Positions 7,397-17,911 of a stretch of 23,950 nt of DNA are shown here, piece by piece. The notes under the pieces were generated by a model that saw nothing but the letters and a program-made list of their open reading frames with translations, did no database searches and had not been told where the DNA came from. The stretch comes from Candidatus Krumholzibacteriales bacterium. GTDB lineage: Bacteria > Krumholzibacteriota > Krumholzibacteriia > Krumholzibacteriales > WJIX01. Location: assembly GCA_046483305.1 (NCBI GenBank), contig JAWODM010000016.1, forward strand, positions 1-23,950, written 5' to 3'. The position numbers and the translations under genes are program-made. Every line of letters begins with the position of its first letter. The first letter of the stretch is position 1.

Positions 7397-7978
7397 ATAA
7401 AAAGAAGAGCGAACAAGAGATATGAGGTCAGAATTAACGAGATGATAAGGATCTCTCCCGTGAGAGTCGTGGATGAAGACGGAAATCAGATAGGTGTAAT
7501 GTCTAATGACGAAGCGCTGGACATGGCCAGGGAGAGAGGGTTGGATCTTGTTGAAATAGCGCCCAAGGCGAAACCTCCTGTCTGCAAGATTATAGATTAC
7601 GGAAAATACAAGTATGAGAAGAGCAAGAAAGCGAAGAGAGCAAAGAAGAAACAGCATGTAACCCATCTCAAGGAGATCAAGCTCAGCACAAAAATCGAAG
7701 AGCATGATGTCAATTTCAAGATGAAACATGCTGAGAAGTTTCTCAACAACAAGGATAAGGTGAAGTTCACCATAAAGTTCAGGGGCAGGGAGATGCAGCA
7801 CCAGGAGATAGGTTACGAATTGCTGGATGACATAAAGGAGAGGTTCAGGGAGATATCGTTTATAGAGAAGGAACCTCAGAGAGTTGGAAACACTTTGTCC
7901 ATGACCCTGGTTGGAAAACCCGGCCAGGATGACGATGAATCAGACGGGGGTAACGATGCCGAAGATCAAAACGAATAA
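7397..7978 (+). CDS. infC: Translation initiation factor IF-3 (non-canonical ATA start)
   Basis: The conserved RINExIR motif begins upstream of the ORF-track ATG at 7442. GGAGGTGA SD lies 6 nt before ATA 7397, and an in-frame TGA at 7388 bounds the ORF. Motifs [21 protein letters not shown] and FRGRE are present. Confidence 0.95.
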   Translation: MKRRANKRYEVRINEMIRISPVRVVDEDGNQIGVMSNDEALDMARERGLDLVEIAPKAKPPVCKIIDYGKYKYEKSKKAKRAKKKQHVTHLKEIKLSTKIEEHDVNFKMKHAEKFLNNKDKVKFTIKFRGREMQHQEIGYELLDDIKERFREISFIEKEPQRVGNTLSMTLVGKPGQDDDESDGGNDAEDQNE

Positions 7979-8153
7979 AGGCGCCGCAAAAAGGTTCAAG
8001 ATTACCAAGAACGGTAAGATAAAGAGAAAAAAAGCTTTTGCCGGGCATATAATGGGTAAGAAATCATCCAAGAGAAAGAGAAATCTCCGGCAGGCCGGCC
8101 TGGTTGACAAGACAAATGCCAAGAAAATAAAGATATTGCTTGGTAAAGCTTAA
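7956..8153 (+). CDS. rpmI: 50S ribosomal protein L35
   Basis: [17 protein letters not shown] starts at ATG 7956 (the ORF track over-extends to 7911); 65 aa. Confidence 0.97.
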   Translation: MPKIKTNKGAAKRFKITKNGKIKRKKAFAGHIMGKKSSKRKRNLRQAGLVDKTNAKKIKILLGKA

Positions 8154-8171
8154 GTAAGGAGGCATATAGAG

Positions 8172-8525
8172 ATGCCGAGAGCAAAAAATGCAGCTGCACA
8201 GCACAGGAGAAAAACCAAGACACTCAAAGAAGCGAAAGGTTTCAGGGGGGGAAGAAGCAAACTTTACAGAACCGCAAAGGAGACTGTAAGGAAATCTCTT
8301 CAGTACTCCTACCGGGACAGAAGAGCCAGGAAGCGGAATTTCCGTAAATTATGGATTTCCAGGATTAACGCGGCAGCCAGAGAGAACGATATTAATTACA
8401 GCCGTTTTATAAACGGACTCAAAAAGGCCGAGGTTGACATAAACAGGAAAATGCTTGCCGAGATAGCCCTGAACGACCGGGACGGCTTCTCTGAACTGGT
8501 TAAGATTGCCAAGAAAGCTCTTTGA
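8172..8525 (+). CDS. rplT: 50S ribosomal protein L20
   Basis: [45 protein letters not shown] ribosome-binding site. Confidence 0.99.
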   Translation: MPRAKNAAAQHRRKTKTLKEAKGFRGGRSKLYRTAKETVRKSLQYSYRDRRARKRNFRKLWISRINAAARENDINYSRFINGLKKAEVDINRKMLAEIALNDRDGFSELVKIAKKAL

Positions 8526-8527
8526 TA

Positions 8528-9559
8528 ATGGACAGCGAAGGTATCAGGGATATTGAAAAAAGAGCCCTGGCGGATATCAAGGCGGCGCGTGATCAACAGG
8601 AGCTGGAAGAGGTACGGATCCGTTACCTCGGAAGAAAGGGTGAAATAACCGCAGCCCTGCGTTCCATAGGCGCCATCCCTGTTGAAGACAGGCCTGCCAT
8701 GGGCAAATTGATCAATGCGATAAAGGAAAAGGTCAGTAATGCCTTCGTGGATAAGGATGAACGGCTGGGCAAGTCCGAACAAAGTGAAGAACCGTACCAG
8801 GGCGACCCTACCCTTCCCGGGAGAAGAGGATGGAGCGGCGGGCTTCATATCCTGACTCAGGTAACCGGAGAGATTGCGGAGATATTTCACGGGATGGGCT
8901 ACTCCATAGCGACCGGCCCCGACGTCGAACTGGATTATTACAACTTCGAAGCTCTTAACTTTCCGGTTGACCACCCTTCCAGGGATGAACAGGATACCTT
9001 CTATATCAACAGAGACATTCTTCTCAGGACACAGACTTCGCCTGTTCAGGTCAGGTATATGGAGAAGCATGATCCTCCGGTGAGGATTATCAGCCCGGGG
9101 AGGGTTTACCGTAACGAGACACCGGATCCTTCCCACTCCGCGGAGTTTTTCCAGATGGAAGGGCTGTTCGTGGATACTGACGTATCCATGGTGGATCTGA
9201 AGAACGATGTCACCAGATTTATAAAGAGGTATTTCGGGCGCGAGGCGGAAGTCAGGTTCAGGCCGCACTTTTTCCCATTTACGGAACCGAGCGCCGAAGT
9301 GGATATGAGCTGTTTCGCCTGTCAGGGAGAAGGATGCAGTGTCTGCCAGAAAACCGGCTGGCTGGAGATTATGGGAGCCGGAATGGTTCATCCCAATGTG
9401 TTCAGATATGCAGGTTACGAAAAGGGCGCCTATACGGGTTTCGCTTTCGGGATGGGTATAGACAGGATAGCGATGCTGAAATACGGAATTCATGATATAA
9501 GAGAATTCCTGAAGAACGACCTCAGGTTTCTCAGGAACTTCTGGAAGCAGAAATTATAG
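8528..9559 (+). CDS. pheS: Phenylalanine--tRNA ligase alpha subunit
   Basis: NFEALNFPVDHPSRDEQDTFY, LLRTQTS, FPFTEPSAEVD, GFAFGMGIDR. ATG 8528 is preferred over TTG 8522. Confidence 0.98.
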   Translation: MDSEGIRDIEKRALADIKAARDQQELEEVRIRYLGRKGEITAALRSIGAIPVEDRPAMGKLINAIKEKVSNAFVDKDERLGKSEQSEEPYQGDPTLPGRRGWSGGLHILTQVTGEIAEIFHGMGYSIATGPDVELDYYNFEALNFPVDHPSRDEQDTFYINRDILLRTQTSPVQVRYMEKHDPPVRIISPGRVYRNETPDPSHSAEFFQMEGLFVDTDVSMVDLKNDVTRFIKRYFGREAEVRFRPHFFPFTEPSAEVDMSCFACQGEGCSVCQKTGWLEIMGAGMVHPNVFRYAGYEKGAYTGFAFGMGIDRIAMLKYGIHDIREFLKNDLRFLRNFWKQKL

Positions 9560-9568
9560 GAGAATTCA

Positions 9569-11953
9569 TTGAAAGTCAGCCTCAACTGGTTAAGGGAATA
9601 TATTGATATAAAAGAAGACCCCGAAACTCTGGCCGGGGATCTCACCATGTTTGGCCTCAATGTGGAAGGGACGGAAGAGAGAGGAGCCGATTACGAAGGT
9701 GTGGTCTTCGGAAAGGTTAACCGGGTACTGGATCATCCCAACGCGGATAAACTGAAGGTATGCAGGGTGGATACAGGCGGAAAAAGAGAACTTAATATCG
9801 TATGCGGCGCGCCCAATGTAAGGCCGGGGATTAATGTGCCCGTCGCCGTTGAGGGCGCTGTTCTTCCGGGCGGATTCAAAATAAAGAAGACCAAATTGAG
9901 GGGAGAACTTTCCGAGGGAATGATCTGCTCTGAGAAGGAGCTGGAGGTGGGCGACGACGAGAGCGGAATAATGGAGCTGGATTTCGAAGCGGAACCCGGC
10001 ACCGATCTTTCAGGAAGGCTTGTGCCCGCTGATACTATCATCGATATAGAGGTGACCCCAAACCGCCCCGATCAGCTTTCACACCTGGGTATCGCCAGGG
10101 AGATAAGCGCGATGTACGGCAGGAAGCTGACCGTGCCGGAAAGTATCGACATGAAACCGGGAGGAGAGGTAGCCCTGGCAGTACAAGACGAAAAGGACTG
10201 TCCCCGGTATACCGCCGCCCTTATAGATGACATAGAAATCGGGGAATCTCCCGCCTGGCTGAAGGAAAGACTGAGGTCGGTAGGGATAAACGCTGTTAAT
10301 AATATTGTGGATGTTACAAATTTTGTCCTGATGGAGATCGGCCACCCCCTGCACGCCTTCGACAGGGATAGCCTGAAAGCGGATTCAATCCTGGTAAGAA
10401 GGGGCAGGGATGGAGAATCGATTGTTACCATAAACGGGAATAAGAGAATACTGTCAAATAAACACCTGGTAATTACCGATACCGAGATCCCCGTCGGGGT
10501 TGCCGGCGTGATAGGAGGGCAGGAGAGCGAGGTGACCCGGAATACCCGCAGGATTCTGCTAGAAAGCGCGGTGTTCGATCCGGGAGCGATAAGATCGGGC
10601 CGAAGAGACCTTGATATAGAGACAGAAGCTTCATACAGATTTGAAAGGGGCGCGGACCCCGGGATCACCGTGTATGCACTGGAGCGGGCATGTTACCTTA
10701 TTGAGAAGCTGGGAGCCGGCAGAGCCAGCAGGCTGTACAGCGATATCGGGGGAGATACCGTTGAACGGTCCCAGGTTGATCTGGACAGGAGTTATGTAAA
10801 CAAGATAATAGGGACCAATCTTTCCAGTGAGGAGATTGCGGAGCACCTGGGAAAGCTGCATCTTGAATGTACCTGCGGGGATGATTTCATTACAGTTGAA
10901 GTACCTACCTACCGGCTGGACCTGAAAGAGGATATAGATCTGGTGGAAGAAGTAGCCAGGTCTTACGGCTACAATAATATCAAGGGGGAGGGCACCGGCC
11001 TGAAGAACCTGTTCCCGGAGCCGGACCCGGTCGAGAAACGCAACCGTTATCTCTGCGGCTATCTGGCCTCCAGAGGTTACGCGGAGGTGATTACATCATC
11101 GTTCATGGACAGGAACGACCCGGATCTCTTCGACTGGCCGGAGAAGGATCCCAGAAACAATTACATAGATATCGCCAATCCGCTTACATCTCTCCAGACT
11201 GCCCTTCGCACTTCCCTGCTTCCCGGGCTTCTCAGAGTTATGAGAGAGAACCCCCATACCGAACAGAAGGGTATTAAGATATTCGAACTGGGCAAGGTCT
11301 TTCTTCCCGGCAAGAACGGGAGAGGGCTCCCCAGAGAAGAATCCCATCTTACCGCTGTTCTTTCAGGCAGAGCTTATCCAAAGCAGTGGATAGCCGAAAA
11401 GAGAGATTTTGACTATTTCGACATGAACGGCGAGATAGAGTCGATACTGGCAATGTTCCAGTCCCTTAACGACATAAATATGATACGCGATATAGAAGCA
11501 AAACCGCAATTCGTGTTCAAGTGGTTCAACCGCAACGAACTGGTGGCAGAGAGCGGTTTGATATCGGATATGGAACGGTATCAGATAGACTCCCGACTCT
11601 TCTATTTTACTTTATATCTTGATACTCTGGGCGACACCTTCATTCAGCAGTCCTACGTAAAGCCGAGTCCCTACCCGGCCGTCAAGCGGGACCTCTGCGT
11701 GATTGCGGGTGAAAGGGTCACTTTTTCGGATATTAAGAAAGTGGTTCTCAGGAATTCAAAATATCTTGAGGAAATTATTCTCTTCGATTACTATAGGGAT
11801 GAAGGCGCTGAAGAAGACAGGAGAAGCTATACATTCTCACTGCGCTTCAGGTCGGACCAGGGAACTTTAAAAGACAGCAGAGTTAACAAAATCATAGATA
11901 AGATACTCAGGGCTCTGGAACTTGAGCTCAAGGTATTTTTAAGACAGGAATAG
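9569..11953 (+). CDS. pheT: Phenylalanine--tRNA ligase beta subunit
   Basis: MKVSLNWLREY, HPNADKL, IVCGAPNV, TPNRPD, RFERG, DLVEEVAR and an FDX-ACB C-terminus. TTG start with AGGAG. Confidence 0.98.
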   Translation: MKVSLNWLREYIDIKEDPETLAGDLTMFGLNVEGTEERGADYEGVVFGKVNRVLDHPNADKLKVCRVDTGGKRELNIVCGAPNVRPGINVPVAVEGAVLPGGFKIKKTKLRGELSEGMICSEKELEVGDDESGIMELDFEAEPGTDLSGRLVPADTIIDIEVTPNRPDQLSHLGIAREISAMYGRKLTVPESIDMKPGGEVALAVQDEKDCPRYTAALIDDIEIGESPAWLKERLRSVGINAVNNIVDVTNFVLMEIGHPLHAFDRDSLKADSILVRRGRDGESIVTINGNKRILSNKHLVITDTEIPVGVAGVIGGQESEVTRNTRRILLESAVFDPGAIRSGRRDLDIETEASYRFERGADPGITVYALERACYLIEKLGAGRASRLYSDIGGDTVERSQVDLDRSYVNKIIGTNLSSEEIAEHLGKLHLECTCGDDFITVEVPTYRLDLKEDIDLVEEVARSYGYNNIKGEGTGLKNLFPEPDPVEKRNRYLCGYLASRGYAEVITSSFMDRNDPDLFDWPEKDPRNNYIDIANPLTSLQTALRTSLLPGLLRVMRENPHTEQKGIKIFELGKVFLPGKNGRGLPREESHLTAVLSGRAYPKQWIAEKRDFDYFDMNGEIESILAMFQSLNDINMIRDIEAKPQFVFKWFNRNELVAESGLISDMERYQIDSRLFYFTLYLDTLGDTFIQQSYVKPSPYPAVKRDLCVIAGERVTFSDIKKVVLRNSKYLEEIILFDYYRDEGAEEDRRSYTFSLRFRSDQGTLKDSRVNKIIDKILRALELELKVFLRQE

Positions 11954-11965
11954 GAGATTTTACAT

Positions 11966-12250
11966 ATGGAAGAGACAACTTTCGCCGGATTCAAGGTCCT
12001 CGAGGAAAAAATAGAGAAAGCCGCCGACATGATTGAGATGCTTCGGCAGGAGAAGGAGAGGATCGAAAAGGAAAATAATGAGTTGAAAAGTAAGCTTGAT
12101 CTGTTATATAATGAGAATGAGCAATTGGTGGGAAAAGTTGATGAATTACAGCAACAGGAAAGTACAAGAGAAGATTTGAATAGAGTCAGAGAGGAGATTA
12201 GCAAGAGGATCGAGATGATGCTCGGCAAGCTTGAAAGGATTGATATTTGA
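11966..12250 (+). CDS. Coiled-coil protein, ZapB-like cell division factor
   Basis: 94-aa all-coiled-coil protein (LEEKIEKAADMIEMLRQEKE...RIEMMLGKLE) between pheT and zapA. Confidence 0.7.
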   Translation: MEETTFAGFKVLEEKIEKAADMIEMLRQEKERIEKENNELKSKLDLLYNENEQLVGKVDELQQQESTREDLNRVREEISKRIEMMLGKLERIDI

Positions 12251-12330
12251 TGCCGGGCGGAAATTTTGGACTTGGGTAGAGGATGAGGGGGATTTATTAT
12301 TGTTGCGTTAATCTTGAAAGAGGTTTTAAA

Positions 12331-12627
12331 ATGACCGAAAAGAGCTCTGAAATGGTGGAGATTTTTGGTCAGGAATATAAAATTAAGGGAGTGGGCGATC
12401 CTGAGTACTTTCACAGGATTGCGGGGTATGTTGACAAGAAGATGAGGGAGATCGCTCATTCGAGTGGAATCATGTCACAGTCCAGAATTGCTATTCTGGC
12501 TGCGTTAAATATTACCGATGAACTGTTTCAGGAAAGAGAGAATAGCAAAAAAAGCAGAAAAGAACTGGAGAAACAGGCTGTGGAGTTAAGTGATTTGATA
12601 GATTCAAGGATTGGTGCAGCAAAATAG
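12331..12627 (+). CDS. zapA: Cell division protein ZapA
   Basis: VEIFGQEYKI, IAGYVDKKMREI, AILAALNITDELF. ATG 12331 has a GAGG ribosome-binding site. Confidence 0.92.
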   Translation: MTEKSSEMVEIFGQEYKIKGVGDPEYFHRIAGYVDKKMREIAHSSGIMSQSRIAILAALNITDELFQERENSKKSRKELEKQAVELSDLIDSRIGAAK

Positions 12628-12669
12628 AATAATTCCTCCAGCACCCGTTGGCAGATAAATACAACTTAG

Positions 12670-12851
12670 AATTCCCTACTATGTTTGTGATAGTAAAGGT
12701 TTTTTTTCGCCAACACTTTTTACCCGGGAATCCAAATATCTAATCAGGGAAGTCAGGCCTTTCAGAGGAAGGCAGAACTGGTTATGAGGATATCCAAAAT
12801 GGATTGCAGGGCTTAAAAAAGTGCTTTGCTCACGGCATCAAGTGGGGAATT
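12670..12851 (+). ncRNA. ssrS: 6S RNA
   Basis: ~180 nt closed by AATTCCCTACT/AGTGGGGAATT and GTGA-TAGTAAAG/CTTTGC-TCAC stems, with GGGA and GGGCTTAAAA segments flanking a central bubble. Lies in the conserved zapA-6S-rny order. Confidence 0.8.
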
Positions 12852-12961
12852 TCCTTTTTGTCCACATTCATCTCTCAGATCCGCCGATTAAGAAGATGAA
12901 ATTTATCGATGTCATATTCTGATTCAGATAGATCCGTATTGTAATTGAGAGGTGAGTAATC

Positions 12962-14533
12962 ATGGCTCAGGAAATAATAGTAAATTTTATCCTTCCAGGT
13001 CTGTTGGTTTTGATTCTGGGATTTATAATCGGGTGGTTCGCCAGCAGGAAGATATCGCAGAAGAATCTGAAGAATACCAGAAAACTGGCTGAAAAGATTA
13101 TAGCTGACGCTCAGAGAGAAGCGGAGACCAGGAAGAAGGAGTTAATACTCGAAGCCAAGGACGAATGGTACAACGCGAAGCTGAAATTCGAGAACGAGAC
13201 CAGGGAGACAAAAAAGGAACTTGAGAAGAGAAAAAGCAAGCTGAAGGAGCGGGAGGAGAATATAGACAGAAAGGTGGATTTCCTGGAGAAGCGGGAATTC
13301 AGCATCGAGGAGAAAAAGAAGAATCTCGACCTGAAATTCCAGGCTATCTCGGAGAAGAACGACCAGCTGGCCCGTATTATAGAGAGGCATAATGAACAGT
13401 TGGAGAAGATCGCCGGGATGAGCACCGAGGAAGCCAAGGAACAGCTTATCAGCAATCTTGAAGACGAGGCAAAGCATAAGGCTGCCAAGAGGATAAAAGA
13501 GATCAAGGATGAAGCGGAGAGGACCGCCAACAAGATAAGCAGGAAGATAATCACCCTTTCCATAGAGAGATGCGCCGCTGATCATGTCACCGAAACCACC
13601 GTTTCAGCGGTGGGCCTGCCCAATGACGAGATGAAGGGAAGGATAATAGGAAGGGAGGGTAGAAATATAAGATCGTTCGAGAACGCTACGGGGATAGATG
13701 TTATTATAGATGACACTCCGGAGGCGGTTATCCTGTCGGGTTTCGACCCGATCAGGCGCGAGATAGCGAGGCTGGCCCTGGAGAAGCTTATCAGGGACGG
13801 CAGGATACATCCGGGACGTATAGAGGATGTGGTTGAAAAGACCAGGGACGAGCTGATGGAAGAGATCAGGGACATAGGAGAGAGAACTTACCTGGATCTC
13901 AACATTCACGGCCTTCACCCTGAGATAATCAAATTCCTGGGCAGGCTTCAGTACAGAACTTCATATGGACAGAATGTTCTCCAGCACTCCAAGGAAGTTG
14001 CCTATATAACCGGATTGCTGGCGGGTGAACTCGGGCTGGATGTGGATGTGGCCAAGAGGGCGGGGTTGCTGCACGATATAGGCAAAGCTGCCGATCATGA
14101 GCTGGAGGGCACTCACGCTTCCATCGGGGCAGACCTTGCCAGAAAGTACCGTGAGAGCGAGTTGATCGTGAACTCAATCGAAGCTCATCACGAAGAGGTG
14201 GAGGCCCGGAGCCTGATTGCCCACCTGGTTTCCGCGGCTGACGCAATCTCAGGCGCCAGGCCAGGAGCGAGAAGAGAAACTATCGAGAATTACATCAAGA
14301 GGCTGGAGAAGCTGGAGAGGATAGCGGATACATTCGACGGGGTGGAGAAAGCCTACGCGATTCAGGCCGGGCGCGAGGTCAGGATACTGGTTAATTCCAG
14401 AAAGATTTCGGATGACTACGCCATCCAGCTGGTGGAGGATATATCCAGAAAGATAGAAGAAGAGATGGAATACCCCGGCCAGATAAAAGTAGTGGTAATC
14501 AGAGAAACCAGGGCGATTGATTACGCCAAGTAA
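12962..14533 (+). CDS. rny: Ribonuclease Y
   Basis: N-terminal transmembrane helix, coiled coil, KH domain ([14 protein letters not shown]), HD domain (LLHDIGK), YPGQIKV. Confidence 0.99.
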   Translation: MAQEIIVNFILPGLLVLILGFIIGWFASRKISQKNLKNTRKLAEKIIADAQREAETRKKELILEAKDEWYNAKLKFENETRETKKELEKRKSKLKEREENIDRKVDFLEKREFSIEEKKKNLDLKFQAISEKNDQLARIIERHNEQLEKIAGMSTEEAKEQLISNLEDEAKHKAAKRIKEIKDEAERTANKISRKIITLSIERCAADHVTETTVSAVGLPNDEMKGRIIGREGRNIRSFENATGIDVIIDDTPEAVILSGFDPIRREIARLALEKLIRDGRIHPGRIEDVVEKTRDELMEEIRDIGERTYLDLNIHGLHPEIIKFLGRLQYRTSYGQNVLQHSKEVAYITGLLAGELGLDVDVAKRAGLLHDIGKAADHELEGTHASIGADLARKYRESELIVNSIEAHHEEVEARSLIAHLVSAADAISGARPGARRETIENYIKRLEKLERIADTFDGVEKAYAIQAGREVRILVNSRKISDDYAIQLVEDISRKIEEEMEYPGQIKVVVIRETRAIDYAK

Positions 14534-14560
14534 TTACTTTAACACGGCGGGATAGGGATA

Positions 14561-15346
14561 ATGAGAGTGCTTTTACTGGGCGATGTCCTTTCCAGAGTGG
14601 GAAGGAAAGCCCTGAAAGGATCGCTTGCCGCGGTAAGGGAAAAATTCCTGGTCGATCTCTGTCTGGCAAACGTGGAAAACGCCGCCGGCATGTTCGGGAT
14701 CACCAGAAAGGTTAAGAATGAAATCTCGAGGGCCGGAGTTGATATCATGACCTCCGGCAATCATATCTGGGATAACGGGCAGGGTGTGGAGCTTCTGGAT
14801 ACCGATATGGATATACTCAGGCCCGCCAACTATCCGGATGAAGCTCCGGGTAAGGGATTTCTGGTGATGGATTACAATGACGTTCAGGTCGCAGTGATAA
14901 ACCTGCAGGGGAGGATATTCATGCCAGCGACCGATTGCCCTTTCAGAAAAGCTGATGAAATACTTGGCGCCCTTGAGAACAAGGCGAAAATAATACTGGT
15001 AGACTTTCACGCCGAAGCTACCAGCGAGAAACTGGCTCTGGGCTTCTACCTGGACGGCAGGGTGAGCGTGGTGGCGGGTACTCATACTCATGTTCCCACC
15101 GCTGACCAGAGAATCCTAGAAGAGGGCACCGCATATCAGACAGATATCGGAATGGTGGGGCCTTTTGATTCGGTAATAGGGATGAAGAAGAAATCAGTTA
15201 TCAAGAGATTCATTACCGGTACCAGGCAGAGATTCAGCGCCGGAGGTTCTGATCCGGTCATTCAGGGGCTCTGTGTCGAAATAGACGAGGAAACCGGCAG
15301 AGCTGTGAATATTGAGAGAGTATTTGAGAGAGTAGAGGAGGAGTGA
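14561..15346 (+). CDS. ymdB: YmdB / TIGR00282-family metallophosphoesterase
   Basis: GD, NVEN, TSGNHIWD, LRPANYP, DFHAEATSEK, GTHTHV; located downstream of rny. Confidence 0.93.
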   Translation: MRVLLLGDVLSRVGRKALKGSLAAVREKFLVDLCLANVENAAGMFGITRKVKNEISRAGVDIMTSGNHIWDNGQGVELLDTDMDILRPANYPDEAPGKGFLVMDYNDVQVAVINLQGRIFMPATDCPFRKADEILGALENKAKIILVDFHAEATSEKLALGFYLDGRVSVVAGTHTHVPTADQRILEEGTAYQTDIGMVGPFDSVIGMKKKSVIKRFITGTRQRFSAGGSDPVIQGLCVEIDEETGRAVNIERVFERVEEE

Positions 15347-15350
15347 TAAT

Positions 15351-16244
15351 TTGGATAAAGCGGCAGGGAAGCTGATTGACGGAAAAGCGGTGTCAAAATC
15401 GATTATCGAAGAGATAGGCAGGGAAGTCAAGGAATTCAGCAGGGGCCGCCGGCCACCTTCACTCAGAGTCATAATAATCGGCGATGACCCCGCGTCCAGG
15501 GTTTATGTGAGAAGTAAAATCAAAACAGCGGGAAAATGCGGGATAGAATCTGAGCTCATTGAACTGCCGGATAATATCGATGAGCAGGCTCTCTTTGACT
15601 TGATCGAACAGTTCAACGGGGATGACGGCATAGACGGGTTTATGGTGCAGCTGCCGCTTCCTCCCCACATCAGCCCCAAAAATGTAATAGAGAGGGTATC
15701 TCCCTATAAGGATGTCGATGGAATTCACCCCTTCAACCTTGGAAGGATAGTGGAGGGAAATCCTCTGTTCGTTCCGTGCACTCCCATGGGTATTATGGAA
15801 TTATTGAACAGGTATGGAGTTGAGACCGGGGGAAGGAAGGCTGTGGTCATCGGGCGCAGTATCATAGTGGGCAGGCCGATGTCGCTGCTGTTGTCAACCA
15901 AGATGGAGGGAGGAAACGCCACGGTCACCATGTGCCATTCACGTACCAGTGATATAGAGAGTGAAATCAGAGAGGCGGACATACTTGTTTCGGCGGTGGG
16001 TAAACCGGAATTCATTAAGGGTGATATGGTTAAGGAAGGGGCGGTGGTTATTGATGTGGGCGTAAACAGATTGGACGATCCTTCACGTAAGAAGGGTTAC
16101 AGATTGACTGGAGATGTACATTTCGAATCGGTGCTGCCCAGGGTTTCGATGATAACTCCGGTTCCTGGGGGTGTGGGGCCGATGACAGTTGCCATGCTGA
16201 TGAAGAATACACTGAAGGCTGCCAGATTGTCTTCTGAATCCTGA
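15351..16244 (+). CDS. folD: Bifunctional methylenetetrahydrofolate dehydrogenase/cyclohydrolase
   Basis: VQLPLP, KDVDG, PCTP, IGRSIIVGRP, IDVGVNR, TPVPGGVGPMT. Confidence 0.98.
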   Translation: MDKAAGKLIDGKAVSKSIIEEIGREVKEFSRGRRPPSLRVIIIGDDPASRVYVRSKIKTAGKCGIESELIELPDNIDEQALFDLIEQFNGDDGIDGFMVQLPLPPHISPKNVIERVSPYKDVDGIHPFNLGRIVEGNPLFVPCTPMGIMELLNRYGVETGGRKAVVIGRSIIVGRPMSLLLSTKMEGGNATVTMCHSRTSDIESEIREADILVSAVGKPEFIKGDMVKEGAVVIDVGVNRLDDPSRKKGYRLTGDVHFESVLPRVSMITPVPGGVGPMTVAMLMKNTLKAARLSSES

Positions 16245-16275
16245 CCGGATAATGGGGGGGGAGAGAGAGCCAGTA

Positions 16276-17688
16276 ATGCGGGAAGAGATCTATACGGTTT
16301 CCGAGATTTCAGAGGCGTTGCGCCAGAATCTGGAAACTGTTTTTCATTCCGTCAATATTATCGGAGAGATCGCGAACTTCAAGATACATTCATCGGGCCA
16401 TATCTATTTTACCCTCAGGGATGAGAGATCAGTTATAAATGCGGTCCTGTTCAGAACTCAGGTCAGGAATATACCTTTCGGCCCGGACAGCGGGATGATG
16501 GTTTACGCCAGGGGCAGGATCACGCATTTCCCGGCCCGGGGGCAGACCCAGTTGATAGTATATTACATGGAGCCGGCGGGGGAGGGGGAACTGGAGCTTC
16601 AGATGAAGAAGCTGATAGAGAAGCTGTGCGGCAAGGGCTATCTTGATGATCAGAGGAAGAGAAAAATACCTGCTTATCCCGCCAGGATAGCGGTGGTGAC
16701 TTCCGAATCGGGAGCGGTTATAGAAGATATCAGAGATACTCTGGCCAGAAGATGGCCGCTGGCCGAGATGATACATTTCCCCTCGGAAGTTCAGGGAGCG
16801 GAGGCCTGGAAGTCTCTGGTCAGGGCGATCGAGATGGCCAACGGGCGGGAGGGGATAGATCTTCTCATACTGGCCAGGGGCGGAGGAAGCATTGAAGACC
16901 TCTGGGCTTTCAACTCCGAACCGGTAGCGATGGCGGTCGCGCTCTCGGAGGTGCCGGTAATTACGGGTATAGGGCATGAAACAGATACTACCGTATCGGA
17001 CCTGGTCGCAGACCTCAGGGCCGCTACTCCAACTGCGGCGGCTGAATTGGCGGTTCCATCTATTCTTGAAGTAGCTGAGGATATCGATTCTCTGACTGCA
17101 AGGCTTGAACATGCGGTGGCCCGCCGGTCCGAGGAGAGCTACAGGCTGGTCGAATATCTTCTCAGTAACAGCGTTTTTCCCGCGGTTCTGTTCAATATAG
17201 AGCGATCACGCTTCGTTCTTGACGATAGCATGGAGAGAATGAGGCAGCAATGGAGATGGTATGCCAGGGATATGCATGAAGCCGCCGGTGATAACCTTTT
17301 CCGGCTGGAAAACGCCCTGAGCGATAAACTTGCCTTGATCGGAAACACCCTGTCCAGCCGGATAGAAAAGCTTGAGATTAAAGGTCCAGCCGCGAAACTG
17401 CCGGCCTTAAATGAAAGGTTGACCAAATGGTTGAATTTTGTGAAAGTTAATTGTGCGTGGAAGCGGGGTTACCTGAAGAAAGAGCTGGAAGGGATGCTGC
17501 GGGCCCTGGCCAGCCTTAATCCGGCCGGCATTCTTGAACGGGGATACGCTGTCTGTAAGAATGTGGATGACAGCCGGATTATTTCGGGTGTAGACCAGGT
17601 AGATATAGGCGACAGGCTGGCCGTTTATTTTCATGACGGCAATATCGGATGTGAAGTGAAAGAAAGGAATGAAAAGGGAGATGAGTAA
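16276..17688 (+). CDS. xseA: Exodeoxyribonuclease VII large subunit
   Basis: GEIANF, SGHIYFTLRD, ARGGGSIEDLWAFN, GIGHETD, TPTAAAE, LERGY. An alternative in-frame ATG is at 16252. Confidence 0.96.
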   Translation: MREEIYTVSEISEALRQNLETVFHSVNIIGEIANFKIHSSGHIYFTLRDERSVINAVLFRTQVRNIPFGPDSGMMVYARGRITHFPARGQTQLIVYYMEPAGEGELELQMKKLIEKLCGKGYLDDQRKRKIPAYPARIAVVTSESGAVIEDIRDTLARRWPLAEMIHFPSEVQGAEAWKSLVRAIEMANGREGIDLLILARGGGSIEDLWAFNSEPVAMAVALSEVPVITGIGHETDTTVSDLVADLRAATPTAAAELAVPSILEVAEDIDSLTARLEHAVARRSEESYRLVEYLLSNSVFPAVLFNIERSRFVLDDSMERMRQQWRWYARDMHEAAGDNLFRLENALSDKLALIGNTLSSRIEKLEIKGPAAKLPALNERLTKWLNFVKVNCAWKRGYLKKELEGMLRALASLNPAGILERGYAVCKNVDDSRIISGVDQVDIGDRLAVYFHDGNIGCEVKERNEKGDE

Positions 17689-17911
17689 GGAAGCGCCTGA
17701 TTTTGAGAGTTCCATGAAGAGGCTCGAAGAGATCGTAAGCAGACTGGAAAATGATAATGTTCCTCTTGAAGAGAGCATCGCTCTTTATGAGGAGGGTGTC
17801 AAAATCGGAAGGAAATGCAGGGAAATTATGGACAATGCGGACAGGAAGATAAGGGAACTGTCCGGCGAACAGAAAGACCAGGTCAGGAAAATTGAAAAAG
17901 ACAAAGAGTGA
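17669..17911 (+). CDS. xseB: Exodeoxyribonuclease VII small subunit
   Basis: FESSMKRLEEIVSRLE, LEESIALYEEG. The start could be 17681. Confidence 0.95.
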   Translation: MKREMSKEAPDFESSMKRLEEIVSRLENDNVPLEESIALYEEGVKIGRKCREIMDNADRKIRELSGEQKDQVRKIEKDKE

